This document shows positions 13,437 through 23,439 of a DNA stretch of 51,381 nt, piece by piece (position 1 is the stretch's first letter; the number at the start of each line of letters is the position of its first letter). Location: NCBI GenBank assembly GCA_008632985.1, contig QPGO01000030.1:619135-670515 (forward strand), in the 5' to 3' direction. The translations under genes were made by a program, and so were the position numbers. Origin of the DNA: Psammoneis japonica. Its lineage: Eukaryota. Below the pieces are notes generated by a model. It did no database searches and was not told the DNA's origin. It saw only the letters and a program-made list of their open reading frames with translations.

Positions 13437-14137
13437 TGCACTGTGCTTGAAGAATGAGTGTGAACAGAAGTGAAATAAATCACAAAAAGTGGAAAATTGT
13501 GAGATTGGACTTTGTTCTGTGATTTTGGGTTTCTCCAAAGGAGCTCTCAATGGCAGTGCCAAGACTGTTTGCACTGCTTTTGCAGACAAAAGGCCTTGCA
13601 GAGAATCTGATTGTGACAACAGATTGTCTGGACAGAGTCAGCATTGACATCTTGTGCATCAACATTGTCTGTCAATTGCACTTGTTCAGATCTGTGTGAC
13701 TGATCTGTCCTTTGCACGCGCTCGCAATTGTGGCACGATTGACAAATGTGGCAATGCAGCGTCAAACAATTGCAGAGTTTTTCACAACAATCAGATTGCT
13801 GTCAGTCAATTGCAGGCAGCACCACTGCACAGCAGCAATTGGTTGCTTGCAATCATGAAGGAATTGCACGGTCTGTTGAGCTGATTGCAAACTGAGCCAT
13901 TTCAATGATTTTGGCTAAAAAAGAGCTTGAATTTTGACTGCAATCAATTGCAACAGCTGACTGTGATTGCAGCCTTAGCTCTTTTCCAACAATGAGCTCA
14001 TTGCAATTGAGTTTGCAACAGTGATTGCAACCAAAGTGGGGCCAATTGCAGTCGATCCCAGCAACTTGTTATGATGCTGCATCAACACATGATTGTGGGT
14101 GTGTGTGTTTCTTTTCTGCATGACAATGCATGTTGCA
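13437..14137 (-). repeat. Gypsy-2 3' LTR (contains MITE)
   Basis: Matches 17171-17503 over 13437-13756; PPT-like GGGGAGGCAAA on the minus strand at 14148-14138, immediately followed by TG. Inner boundary uncertain. Confidence 0.7.
13757..14079. mobile_element. 323-bp MITE, probably Tc1/mariner-type
   Basis: Imperfect TIRs CAGCGTCAAACAATTGC and (reverse complement) CAGCATCATAACAAGTTGC; absent from the other LTR; flanked by TG on the left and CA on the right, where a TA target duplication is expected. Confidence 0.65.
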
Positions 14138-17100
14138 TTTGCCTCCCCAGCTGCACATTGGAGTCATTCATCAAATGGCATCACACAATGGACATTGATG
14201 GTGTCAACAATGTTGCCACTTTTGAGAGTCTTTTTTCAGCAAAATTTTTTTCTTCCACTCTCTCTCTGTGTGTGGAGTGCATTGAGCATTCTCTTGAGTG
14301 TTGCTCTCATTGCAATTTCTTGTTTTTGTTTCTGGACAAACTTCCAGTCAGCAATGTGTCAAGTGTCAAGCATCATGTCTGTGTTGAAGACAAGTTGTCC
14401 CAACGCAGCCGGCATGGCAGTGTGACGTGCAGAAGGTGTTGCAAAGGCTGCTGCTGACAGCATTCCAGCAAGCGCATCTTCTGTGTCCAGTGGTGCATTT
14501 TGTGGGTCAAATGCACACAGCATGTTGCGGCCCAGTGCTTGATGCACATGTTCCATTGCAGCTCTGGCTTGTGAATTTTGTGCAGTTGTGGGCTCACATT
14601 TGATGCCATGATCATCTTGAACCATGTTTTGGAGTTGGTGTTTGGTGAGCTCGCTTTCACATGATCACAGGCAACTGACAATGGCCAACAAGGATGTCTG
14701 CTCAACCATGTCCTTTCCATCAGTCCAGCAGCAGTTGTGGATTCTTCATTTGGAATGTCCATGACTTCAAACCATCCAATTGCTGGGTCAATCAAAGTCA
14801 AACACTTCAGGACCAGGGGTTTCTTTCTTGCCTTTTGACACATCTTGTGTGGTCCAATTGGATCCACACATGGTCTTTCCCATGCCACTGATTCTGTGCA
14901 CTCAGGAGGCAAATGTCCACATTTCTTTTGTTTCTTCTTTTTTAATTTTTGGCACGTCTCACACTTGGACATGCATTTTTGCACTTTTTCATCATGCAGG
15001 GCAGACTGCAACAGAGGTGTTGTGAGATTGTTTCTTCAGCTCTGTTCATGCCAGGGTGCAGAAGTTGCGCACAGCACCAATCTGTTGCCACTTTTTGCAA
15101 GGTCTTTGGAATGATGAGATTTCATCCTTGTGACATGTGATCATCAACTGGTCTTGCTCACCTCCACAAAAAGTCTTTGCACACAACATGTTGTGTCTGA
15201 CAATTTGGAGAGAATGTCATTGTCCCTTTTTGTTCGCAAGAGAACTTTGTGTGTCAATGGAAAGACATTGTTGCAGGATTTGGGAGTTGCCTTCTCTGCC
15301 AATTCTTCAAAGCTGAGGTTTTCCATGGGCTCTGTTTTCTTCACAGCAGGTTGGCTGATTGAGTCTGCAATGATGTCGGCCTTGCCCTCAAGGCAAATCA
15401 TTTTGGGGCTGTGTTCTTCTGTTGTTAGATGCCAATGCATGACTCTGTCAGTTGCAAATTTCTTGTGAGTGAGATTTTTATGATCTGTGTGTGTCTTCAA
15501 CTGTTGGCCAATCAGGATGTTGCAGAACTCTTTAAGTTGTCAATGCAAGTCCTGACAAATTCCAAACCTGCCATTGGCTCACTCATGTGCACTTGAAAAA
15601 CATCCAGGGATTCGCAGATTCCCGCGGGGAGTTTGCAATGTCCACACTTGCCCTGTGGCATCACAATCATGTGCAAACATTGTGCATGTGGTGTCAACTC
15701 AATGTGGTGGCATCCCATGTTCAAATCAAGCAATGCTGTGCACATGGAGCCTTCTGGCTTCTGCAGCATGTCCTGAATTTTGGGAAAAGGATGCAGAGTG
15801 AGCATTGGTTGCTTGCTCAGCTGACAACAAAAGTCAGACAAGAACCAAACTTGGCCATTTTGTCAGGTTGAACAAAGGTTGAGCTGCTCCCCAAGAAAGT
15901 GTTCATGTGAGCAATGACCGCTGGACCCCAGTGTGCATTGCCTTTGCCCCATTTCCAGCTTTCCTGACATCCAGTGATGTGCGTGACTCCTTGACAGGAG
16001 CCAGTCATTCCTCAGAATCACTGCAAGTCATTTTTTCAAATTGATGGTTTTCCTCACTGAGGGTGTCAGAGCCTGAATCTTTGGCTTGGCACTTCTCATC
16101 TTTCATCAGGAAACTTGGCTTGAGGGTTTTCTGAAATGCTTGAGCAACCACAATGTTCAAGTCTCCCTTTTGTGAGGCTTTTTTTGTGTCACAATGAGAC
16201 CACATGCAATTGCTGTTTGAACAGTGCCTTTTCAGGTCTGCTTCAAAATTCTCACAGCATTCCTTTGCTGGTCTTTTAAGCACCCAGCATTTGTCTGCAT
16301 TGTGTGTGGTCTTTTCACAACAACTGCACCACTTGTTGAATCAGAATGTTTGGCACCAGATTGAAAACCATGTTTGGGACCATGATGGGATCTGTCCTTG
16401 GTTTTGGAACCAGGCTTGATGCTGGGATCACCCTTGACATGAATTTGATCAAAGATGTCCTTTGCAACCTCCATGTGCTCCAAAAACTCCACCAACTTGT
16501 CAAAGGAGAGATCAAGAATTTCAAAACCTCCTTGGAGAGTGGACTGACATCATCATCATCATCCAGATTCTGGTTTGGCTCAAAACAAGGACAGCACTTG
16601 AAGTCTTTGTTTGCTTCTTGGGCCCAAGCAGCAATTTCTTGGATCTTGGCCTTCATGGAGTCTGGCTTCTTCAGATTGCATCGCTGATGATGCTCCTGAT
16701 TTTGAAGTGTGTTCTTTGGAAAGAAATGGTTAGAGAGGTGATGCACCCAGTGGGCATTTTTGAAGGCTCCATTGTCATCTTTGGAGCTGGCATTTGCCAC
16801 CTTGTTTCAAAAACTTGGAGAGTGTCTCCCTGCAACAACGTGCACATCATGCGGAACTTGTTGGACTGATCTTGAATGTTCTGCCCAACTGAGACCTTCT
16901 GACAGTTCTTGAGGAACTCAGTGCACTTTTGAGCTCCCTGCTTGTTGCACTGCTTGACATTGGTCATGTGGGTGTGGCTCTTTTTATCTCCAGGATAGAA
17001 ACATTGCTCCATTTTGAGGCACTGGCTTGGTTTGAGCGTCTTTGGCTTGGAAATTGACTCCAATGGCACAGGTGCAATTTTCCCCTGCTTGACAGAAGAC

Positions 17101-17170
17101 TTGCCATTAGTTGCATGAGGCAAAAGCTTCATTTTTGTGTTTTCACCTTTTCTGTGGTGTGCTGGCACAA

Positions 17171-17503
17171 TGCACTGTGCTTGAAAAACAAGTGCAAATG
17201 AAAGCAAAGTGAATCACAAAAAGTGGAAAATTGTGAGATCAGATTTTGTTCTGTGATTTTGGGTTTCTCTGAAGGAGTTCTCAATGGCCTGGACTGTTTG
17301 TGCTGCTTCTGCAGACGAAAGACCTTGCTGAGAATTTGATTGCAACAACAGATTGTCTGGACATGATTGGCACTGACATCTTGTGTGGCAACATCATCTG
17401 TTGATTGTGTTTGCAATTTTTGACATCCAGTCAGATCTGTGTGACCACTGATCTGTCCTTTGCACACATCCATGATTGTGGCACAATTGACAAATGCAAT
17501 GAT
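17171..17503 (-). repeat. Gypsy-2 5' LTR
   Basis: Direct repeat of 13437-13756; gag ATG lies ~40 bp downstream on the minus strand. Confidence 0.85.
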
Positions 17504-17504
17504 G

Positions 17505-18760
17505 GAAGAGTTTGAGCCCAGGAAGCAAGTGCAAGGGCAAGATTGTCAATTTTGAAAAGTTGAGCATGCCAGAGAAGACCATCCATTTTGAAAAGTTGAG
17601 CACACCAGAGCCAGTGCAGGAAGATGAGGTGGATGGTGGTGCTGGTCTTTTTGAGTGCTGTCAGCACATGCCAGCTGACTCATCTGCTGAGACCAGTGCT
17701 TCTCGTTCTGTTCTTAAATGATCCACCAGAGTTGTTTGAATGTTTCTTGAATCACAATTGGCCAAGTTTCAAGGAGATGGCAAACCTGACTGAAAGGTTG
17801 TGATTGCAGCAGTTCTGGTTTGAGGACCAGACAGCTGAGCCAGCAGAGACAGGTGCATCCCACAAACTTTTGACATGAAAATTGTGAACAACTGTCCTTT
17901 GATTTGTCATTGTGCACAAGTGAATGACCCACCTGGTGTGTGGAAGATTGTGCTCCCACTGCTTGTTGCTTGATGTTGTCTCATGGTGCCATTGTGTGCT
18001 TGGGCACTGTGGGATTGTGCACTTGTCTGAGAGCATCTGCACTCACTTTCATCATCCTGATTTGCTCTGTTGCTGCAACTCACTTGCACATGTTGCCTGA
18101 CAATGCCACAGGCAACTTGGACCTGGCTGTGTGAAGTTGCAGCTCAAGATGCAGAGATGAAGCTGCTCACTTGCATTGACGCTGTTGCTGGATTGACTGA
18201 ACTGGTGCAAACTGAAAGCAAAACTTCTCAACATGTTTCTGACAAGTTTCAAAATCTCTGGTTGTCTCACATCCCAGACTGAACCATTGTGTGCATGACA
18301 ATGGAGGAGAATTCATTGGTTGTGTGTTTCAGATGTTTCTGAATCAAGCAAGCATGGCAGATGTGTGCCAGCTGCATTGCACAATCCTCAAGCCAACTTT
18401 GTTTGCAAGAGAATGCATCAAACATCAAACAGTGGCTGACATTTTGTGAGCTGTGCTTGTTGCCAACAGAGCACCAGTTTGGATCTGCCAACAGTGGCAG
18501 ATTTGGCAGCAATTTGAGCCAGCTGTCAAGCACTGATCAACAAGTGTCTTTGGCATTGGATTTTGAAGCATCAATCCTTTGATTGTCAAGTTGGGCAAGA
18601 TGTTCTGCTCAAGTCTGTTGACCCTGCCAAACTGGAGGCTTGAGCATTTGGCTCATTTTGGATGGCACAAGTCCATGTCAATGGGGCTGTCTCAGCACTG
18701 TCTCGGCACTGCACATTGTTGAGCAGATTGACACTCATTGAGTGGCACCATGTCAAAGCT
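17505..18760 (+). pseudogene. Gypsy-1 integrase (resumes after Gypsy-2)
   Basis: KGKIVNFEKL linker; WCHCVLGHCG zinc-finger part; core LTCIDAV..LTELV...KTSQHV..KF.NLWLS, CVHDNGGEFIG and NPQAN.VC.RMHQ; C-terminal QVHVNG. Confidence 0.85.
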
Positions 18761-18890
18761 TGGGGTTTTCTTCCCAATGTCTGGGTTTCCCTTTGCTCGT
18801 GGTTGAGTTCAAAATTGATGAGATGAATCATGGCACACAGCAGCTCCCAGTTCCTTTCACCATGGGTGCTGCTGGAAGGAGGGGGAAGAG

Positions 18891-19077
18891 TGAACAATTT
18901 TCACAACTCATGCTTCAAGTTGAAAGTGACCCCTCCTCTGACATGTGCAAATTGACTGATGCACTGGATGTTTGAGACAGTCATTGCTTGGGAAAGTTTG
19001 CTCCTGCAATCTCTCCTCAGTTGGTTTTTCTCACAATCATTCCAAGAATGTCAAGTCTTGTCAAGCTGGATCTTGCA
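18891..19077 (+). repeat. Gypsy-1 3' LTR
   Basis: Starts TG directly after the 17-nt polypurine tract GGAAGGAGGGGGAAGAG, ends CA, and matches 9472-9619. Confidence 0.85.
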
Positions 19078-21241
19078 TTTTTACACAAAATGGGGTCTCC
19101 AATGACTTTTGAAGGCTTCAAGATTCAATCTAAATTGCTGCACAAACAAACACAGAACATGCCAATTTTCAATGCAGCTGACTCCTGGCCAGCCAATTTG
19201 CCATTTTTTCATTTTAATTAAAAGGTTGCTTGTTTTAAATGCTTGAACAATGCCAGTTGCTTTTGTCTTTCAGTTGTTCACCCCAGTCTGTGCACATGAT
19301 TTGGCAACTCTTTCCACTGAGAGACTGATGATGGATTTTTGGATTTTGTGCTTTTTGTGCACACGCTTGCTTCATTTCAACCCAGGGATCATGTGCAAAC
19401 AAAGCAACCCCCTTGTTTCTGTGCCTGTCAAGGACAATCACATGACACAAGCCTGGATCATTGCTGCAGTGTTGAACTCAATGTCCAATGATGATGACAA
19501 TCTTTGGTCACTGCACCTTGTGCAGTTGTTTCCAGCAGGTGCCTTGGAGCCCTTTTGTGCCCCTGAAGTGGCCAAGGAATTTGTTCAGTCCCAGCAACAT
19601 GCCCTTCATTTTCCTGCCATCAAGCTGCTTTCCAAGACAAAGTCCCTTTCTTGTTGTCACTCTGGACAGAACCACACAAACCAAATTGTCTCTGCAGCCA
19701 AAGTTGTTGACAACTGGGCTCTCAATTGTCCCTCCCTGGAGCCTGTGTGTGGTTGTTGCATTGTTGCACAAAACTGGGAACTGAGTCATCTGCATCCTCT
19801 GGTTGATTCTTTGAGTGCTCTTGTTGTTGATGAAGCCCATGATCAGAGGAACAGGAAAATTGACAACACACATCTCTCTCCGCAGAGCCACATGTGAAAT
19901 GGACTTCCCACCCTGCCTTTTCAGATGAAAAAAGCCTCCTCTTTGTGTGCAAATGACCGACACTTCAGTGAATGACATCACTCAGCTTGTGGTTGGATTG
20001 CTGACAGATCAAGGTTTTTGACTGTCTCCCAAATGTTGCCATGAGAGCCAGTGTTGATGATGGTGATGATCTGAAGAAAAATGGCTGGCCTGTCAGGACC
20101 AATCCAATCACAATGGTGAAAACACCACTGTGTCACATCCTCAACTTTGTCAGTTTGTCAAAAATTGGGCTGCAAAGCACAAAGAAGACAACAAGTGCAA
20201 GACAGAGCATGATGTTTGCTTGTGATGATGAGTTGTGCAACATTGTGCACTCTCTGCCCATTGCACCCAACACCATTTGCAGACTGCAAGCACCATCATC
20301 AAGTTGATCAGAGAGGTGCGTGATGAAGATGATGCTGATCAGACATTTTCTTGCAGCACTCACCACACAGATGTGCAGCCAAGTCCTGGTTTGCTGGTGA
20401 TGAACATCATCAAAACAAAGCCCAAGAGCAGTGCAGATGTCCTTCTCTCTGAGACTGGCAACTGTGTTGTTGTTGCCAATCATTGAAGCATGAAACATTT
20501 TGTCCCAACTCTTTGTTTGTGAAGACAATGAGAAACAGCCTTTCAACAAAGTGTCAGCACATCAACGAAGCTCCTCCATTTTGTGGCAATTTTCTCCTGA
20601 GTCAGCCGCCAACAATCATCTGCATTGTCATGTCAAGAAAGATGTGCCGTGGCACTGATGCCACCACTGTGTCGTCATCATGAAAGTCCTGGAGGCATTG
20701 TGCATCGCACAAACTTTTGAATGCTGAGCTGCTGGTGGGGGCAACTGCCATGATTTCAGCATTGTCACACTTGAAATTGCACACAGTGCGCAGAATCATG
20801 CACGAGTTTCTGCTGGCATGCCAAAAATGAACTTGACAAAGCAAGCTGTGTCCTTGTGTCCAGAGTTGTCCAAAAGTTGTCCATGTCTGGGTTTTTCCTG
20901 GAAACAACTCTGCAGCACGATCGACGCTGGAAGAGGAGGCCTCCAAAATGTGAGGTTTTGCAAGGGGAAAAAGCCAAAGTGCGCACTTAGAATCAGAGGT
21001 AATTTTTGCCACCGACGGATTCAGCAATTTTGAAGCTCGTTTCTACTCTCCACTCTAGCTAGCTGCTAGCTAGAGCTAGCTACCGGCCAGCTGGCAGTGG
21101 TGGCTACAGCAGGTAGAGTGGGGCTTCGATTTGCGCGCGCGCTCGACATCGCGCGCGAGGGACACCAATAACGTCTGGCCGACTAACCGGCAAAATATTA
21201 TGATCAGAAACAAAAAATCTCACCCACCGCCCACCGCCACC

Positions 21242-22090
21242 ATGAGCCTGCGACTATACCCCAACCCGCTTCAAAGAACACCCTCCATTTCAGCCGTATT
21301 GTATCTTTTTCTATTTCTTCTAACTGTTACGGTGAAAGCAGAGCGGCTCGATGGTCGTCATTCGTTCTCCCTCACTACGTTCAATCCCGTCGGAAAGTTA
21401 GGTCAGGTTGAGCGAGCGACACAAGCCGCGTCGCTTGGCACTCCCGTCGTGGCGTTAAAATACAGGAATGAAATCTTGATGGGGTGTCCTCAAGCACTGC
21501 CATCTCCGCTAGTACATGATGACGGAACGGCACGATTCTGCAGAATAACTCGCAACATTGTAGTAAGCCACTCGGGGCTAGGTGCGGATGGTCGTGTTGT
21601 TGTCGCTGCAGCTCAGCGAATGGCAGTTGAGCATGCCTATACGTTTGACGAAGCTATACCCATCGAGCTATTCTTAGAGGAAGTTTCTCTCTTATTCCAA
21701 GAATATACCATGAAACCAGCTTCAAGGCCTTTCGGATGCACGTTGCTTGTGGCACATGTGCCTGATCCGGATGAGATTGACAATCATGGTGACGAGCCAG
21801 AGCTATATCGCGTCGACCCCTCTGGATCGGTCGAGTCACTTCGAACTGTTTTATCAATTGGAAGTGTGAGAAGTGGCGATTTTATTGCGTCCCTGGAGGA
21901 GCTAGCGAATCAGCTTGATGAAGATGATGTGACCGAAACTAGAGGAAAACTTGTTGACATGCTGAAATCGCATTTTCACAAGTCTGCGCCATCTAGTGAA
22001 AAGGCGGAGGATGGGAACCTCCCATTCCTTACTGCTACCTTGAATGCTGATGGCTTGGTAGTGAGACGTCATTCTGCAAGCTCTAAGTGA
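21242..22090 (+). CDS. 20S proteasome subunit alpha type-2-like, with N-terminal signal-peptide-like extension
   Basis: HSFSLTTFNPVGKLGQVE, SGLGADGRVVV, QEYTMKPASRPFGCTLLVA and LYRVDPSG are alpha-2 signatures; hydrophobic AVLYLFLFLLTVTVKA precedes them. Alternative ATG at 21200. Confidence 0.9.
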   Translation: MSLRLYPNPLQRTPSISAVLYLFLFLLTVTVKAERLDGRHSFSLTTFNPVGKLGQVERATQAASLGTPVVALKYRNEILMGCPQALPSPLVHDDGTARFCRITRNIVVSHSGLGADGRVVVAAAQRMAVEHAYTFDEAIPIELFLEEVSLLFQEYTMKPASRPFGCTLLVAHVPDPDEIDNHGDEPELYRVDPSGSVESLRTVLSIGSVRSGDFIASLEELANQLDEDDVTETRGKLVDMLKSHFHKSAPSSEKAEDGNLPFLTATLNADGLVVRRHSASSK

Positions 22091-22602
22091 AGCATCCCAA
22101 TTGGCAGTCTGCGAACGGGGCGTTCAAAAGAATTTGCTGAAGGGGAACTTCCTTGTGTTAAAAAGAAGCGATCTATGTTTTGTTGCTCGTCAATAGCTAA
22201 TCAGTTTCAAGTGGGTGCAAAAGACTGTCTTCAGTACATGTTCTTTCTCCGTGTATCCCTCTAGAGAGTAGAGAGTACAGAGTAGGTAACCTTACTTCTA
22301 CAGAAGAGGTGGTCCTGCCACCCGAGGTGATGGATGACGGACGGACGTAGTAGAGGAGTAAGGAGTACGGTACCGAGTAGATAGCGAGCTCCAACTTGAA
22401 ACTCAACTCTGACTCGCCAGTTCATGCATTCATGTTCTGCCTTCGTGGACTTGTGGTTGGTATGGAAGGCCATTCAGTTTGTATGCTTTGTCGAACGGCA
22501 AAGAAGGTAGTGGTGGTCACGTTTTTGACCGAGACAAAATTTTGATTACGGGGTACCGGTGCCGGTAGGTCTACAGCACTAGTGTAGCGAACGATTCATT
22601 CC

Positions 22603-23313
22603 ATGTGTAGAAAGCAAAGCAAGGTGCGAGTTGGGAAAAGGATTGGACTGAAGTTTGGATTTCACGGGTGGTTTGCAACGTCATCTCTTGTAGCGACACT
22701 CTATTCGATCGCATCGAATAAACATGTTTGGCTGCCGGTTGTAATGAACACAATTGTAGCAGTTCATGCGTCGTCGTTGCTCTCTCAGGCTCCAACATCG
22801 ACCAAGGTCTTCAATGGAGTAATTGCGCCACACCGAGAAGCCTTTCGACGAACCATGGCCATCATGCACTACGCCAGTCTTCGTATCACCGGGCAACGTA
22901 ATTGGGGAGGGATTTTTAATCCAAGATCGTCAATTCTTTATCATGTCTTACTAGGCTTTGTATGGTGGAAGTTTGTCCCGCTGAAAGTGGACATAGCGAA
23001 CGGCAACACTTGGATATTTGTAATTCCTATGTTTCTCGCAGTCACGGGAGACGTGGTTTATCATGAGATGCAGCAGAATTTGTGCTCAGAACCCGACATT
23101 GCCTCTTCAATTCACATGCTTACTTTACATTCGGTGGCACTAATACTGTCCTTTGGCTTTACTCTGGCATTTCGGGGTTACTTGTCGATTCAGAAGATAT
23201 ATTTGTTTTCAGCGTTCAGTGTAGCGACACTGTTCATAACAGGGGTTTACAGATTATTTACTTCCGGACGCTTCGGATTATGCAGTCGACCTGATGATGC
23301 CAACAACTTTTGA
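22603..23313 (+). CDS. Hypothetical multi-pass membrane protein
   Basis: 236-aa ATG-started ORF with several hydrophobic helices and normal genic dinucleotide content; family not recognised. Confidence 0.6.
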   Translation: MCRKQSKVRVGKRIGLKFGFHGWFATSSLVATLYSIASNKHVWLPVVMNTIVAVHASSLLSQAPTSTKVFNGVIAPHREAFRRTMAIMHYASLRITGQRNWGGIFNPRSSILYHVLLGFVWWKFVPLKVDIANGNTWIFVIPMFLAVTGDVVYHEMQQNLCSEPDIASSIHMLTLHSVALILSFGFTLAFRGYLSIQKIYLFSAFSVATLFITGVYRLFTSGRFGLCSRPDDANNF

Positions 23314-23439
23314 ATGACGGTAAATTTGCTGGCTTTGAAACTTGTTCTCTGAGCTGCAACACACGTTCAATGAGCAGCACGATTTTTAACTTTGTAGGTA
23401 ACACACTTGAGTGTGCACCCGCTAGAGAGCTTGGGCCTA

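Larger units (their letters stand above)
13437..17503 (-). mobile_element. Ty3/Gypsy LTR retrotransposon (Gypsy-2), internally deleted, nested in Gypsy-1
   Basis: ~320-bp direct repeats at 13437 and 17171; GGAAG on both flanks (13432-13436 and 17504-17508). Gag from ~17132 (GQNI...KF.M..LLQGD), RT (PKIQDML...LDLNMGCHHIEL...RTCIDNL), RNase H end (HTDHKNLT) and integrase (WERPCVDPIGP, CLTLIDPAIGWFE). Protease and the RT-RNaseH junction appear deleted. Confidence 0.9.
9472..19077 (+). mobile_element. Ty3/Gypsy LTR retrotransposon (Gypsy-1), degenerate, near full length, split by Gypsy-2
   Basis: Two LTRs, flanking TTTTT on both sides (9467-9471 and 19078-19082), polypurine tract at 18874-18890, and domain order gag-PR-RT-RNaseH-IN. 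Confidence 0.9.
9365..20550 (-). mobile_element. Degenerate Helitron-like element, copy R, interrupted by Gypsy-1
   Basis: 19508-19981(-) reads QFPVLCNNATTTHRLQGGTI...NLVCVVLSRVTTRKGL (Pif1 motifs V/VI). Removing 9472-19077 makes the homology to copy L continuous up to a terminal hairpin. The 5' extent may reach ~21030. Confidence 0.7.
1000..21050. other. TpA- and CpG-depleted decayed repeat domain (left)
   Basis: Hand count 3001-3300: 0 TA and 0 CG, versus ~14 TA and ~24 CG in genic 21301-21600. Filled with degenerate transposon relics. Confidence 0.95.

Noticed and set aside
9472..19077. ADAR editing or error-prone reverse transcription (DGR-like) as the source of A>G
   Set aside because: Changes occur on both strands, differ between paired LTRs, and affect Helitrons, DNA transposons and a WW gene equally.
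1000..21050. Dozens of Cys/His-rich ORFs as novel metal-binding proteins
   Set aside because: Artefact of TG/CA enrichment and loss of TAA/TAG stops; the recognisable parts are frameshifted TE domains.
1000..21050. Classical fungal RIP
   Set aside because: RIP creates TpA and depletes CpA/TpG; the opposite is seen here.
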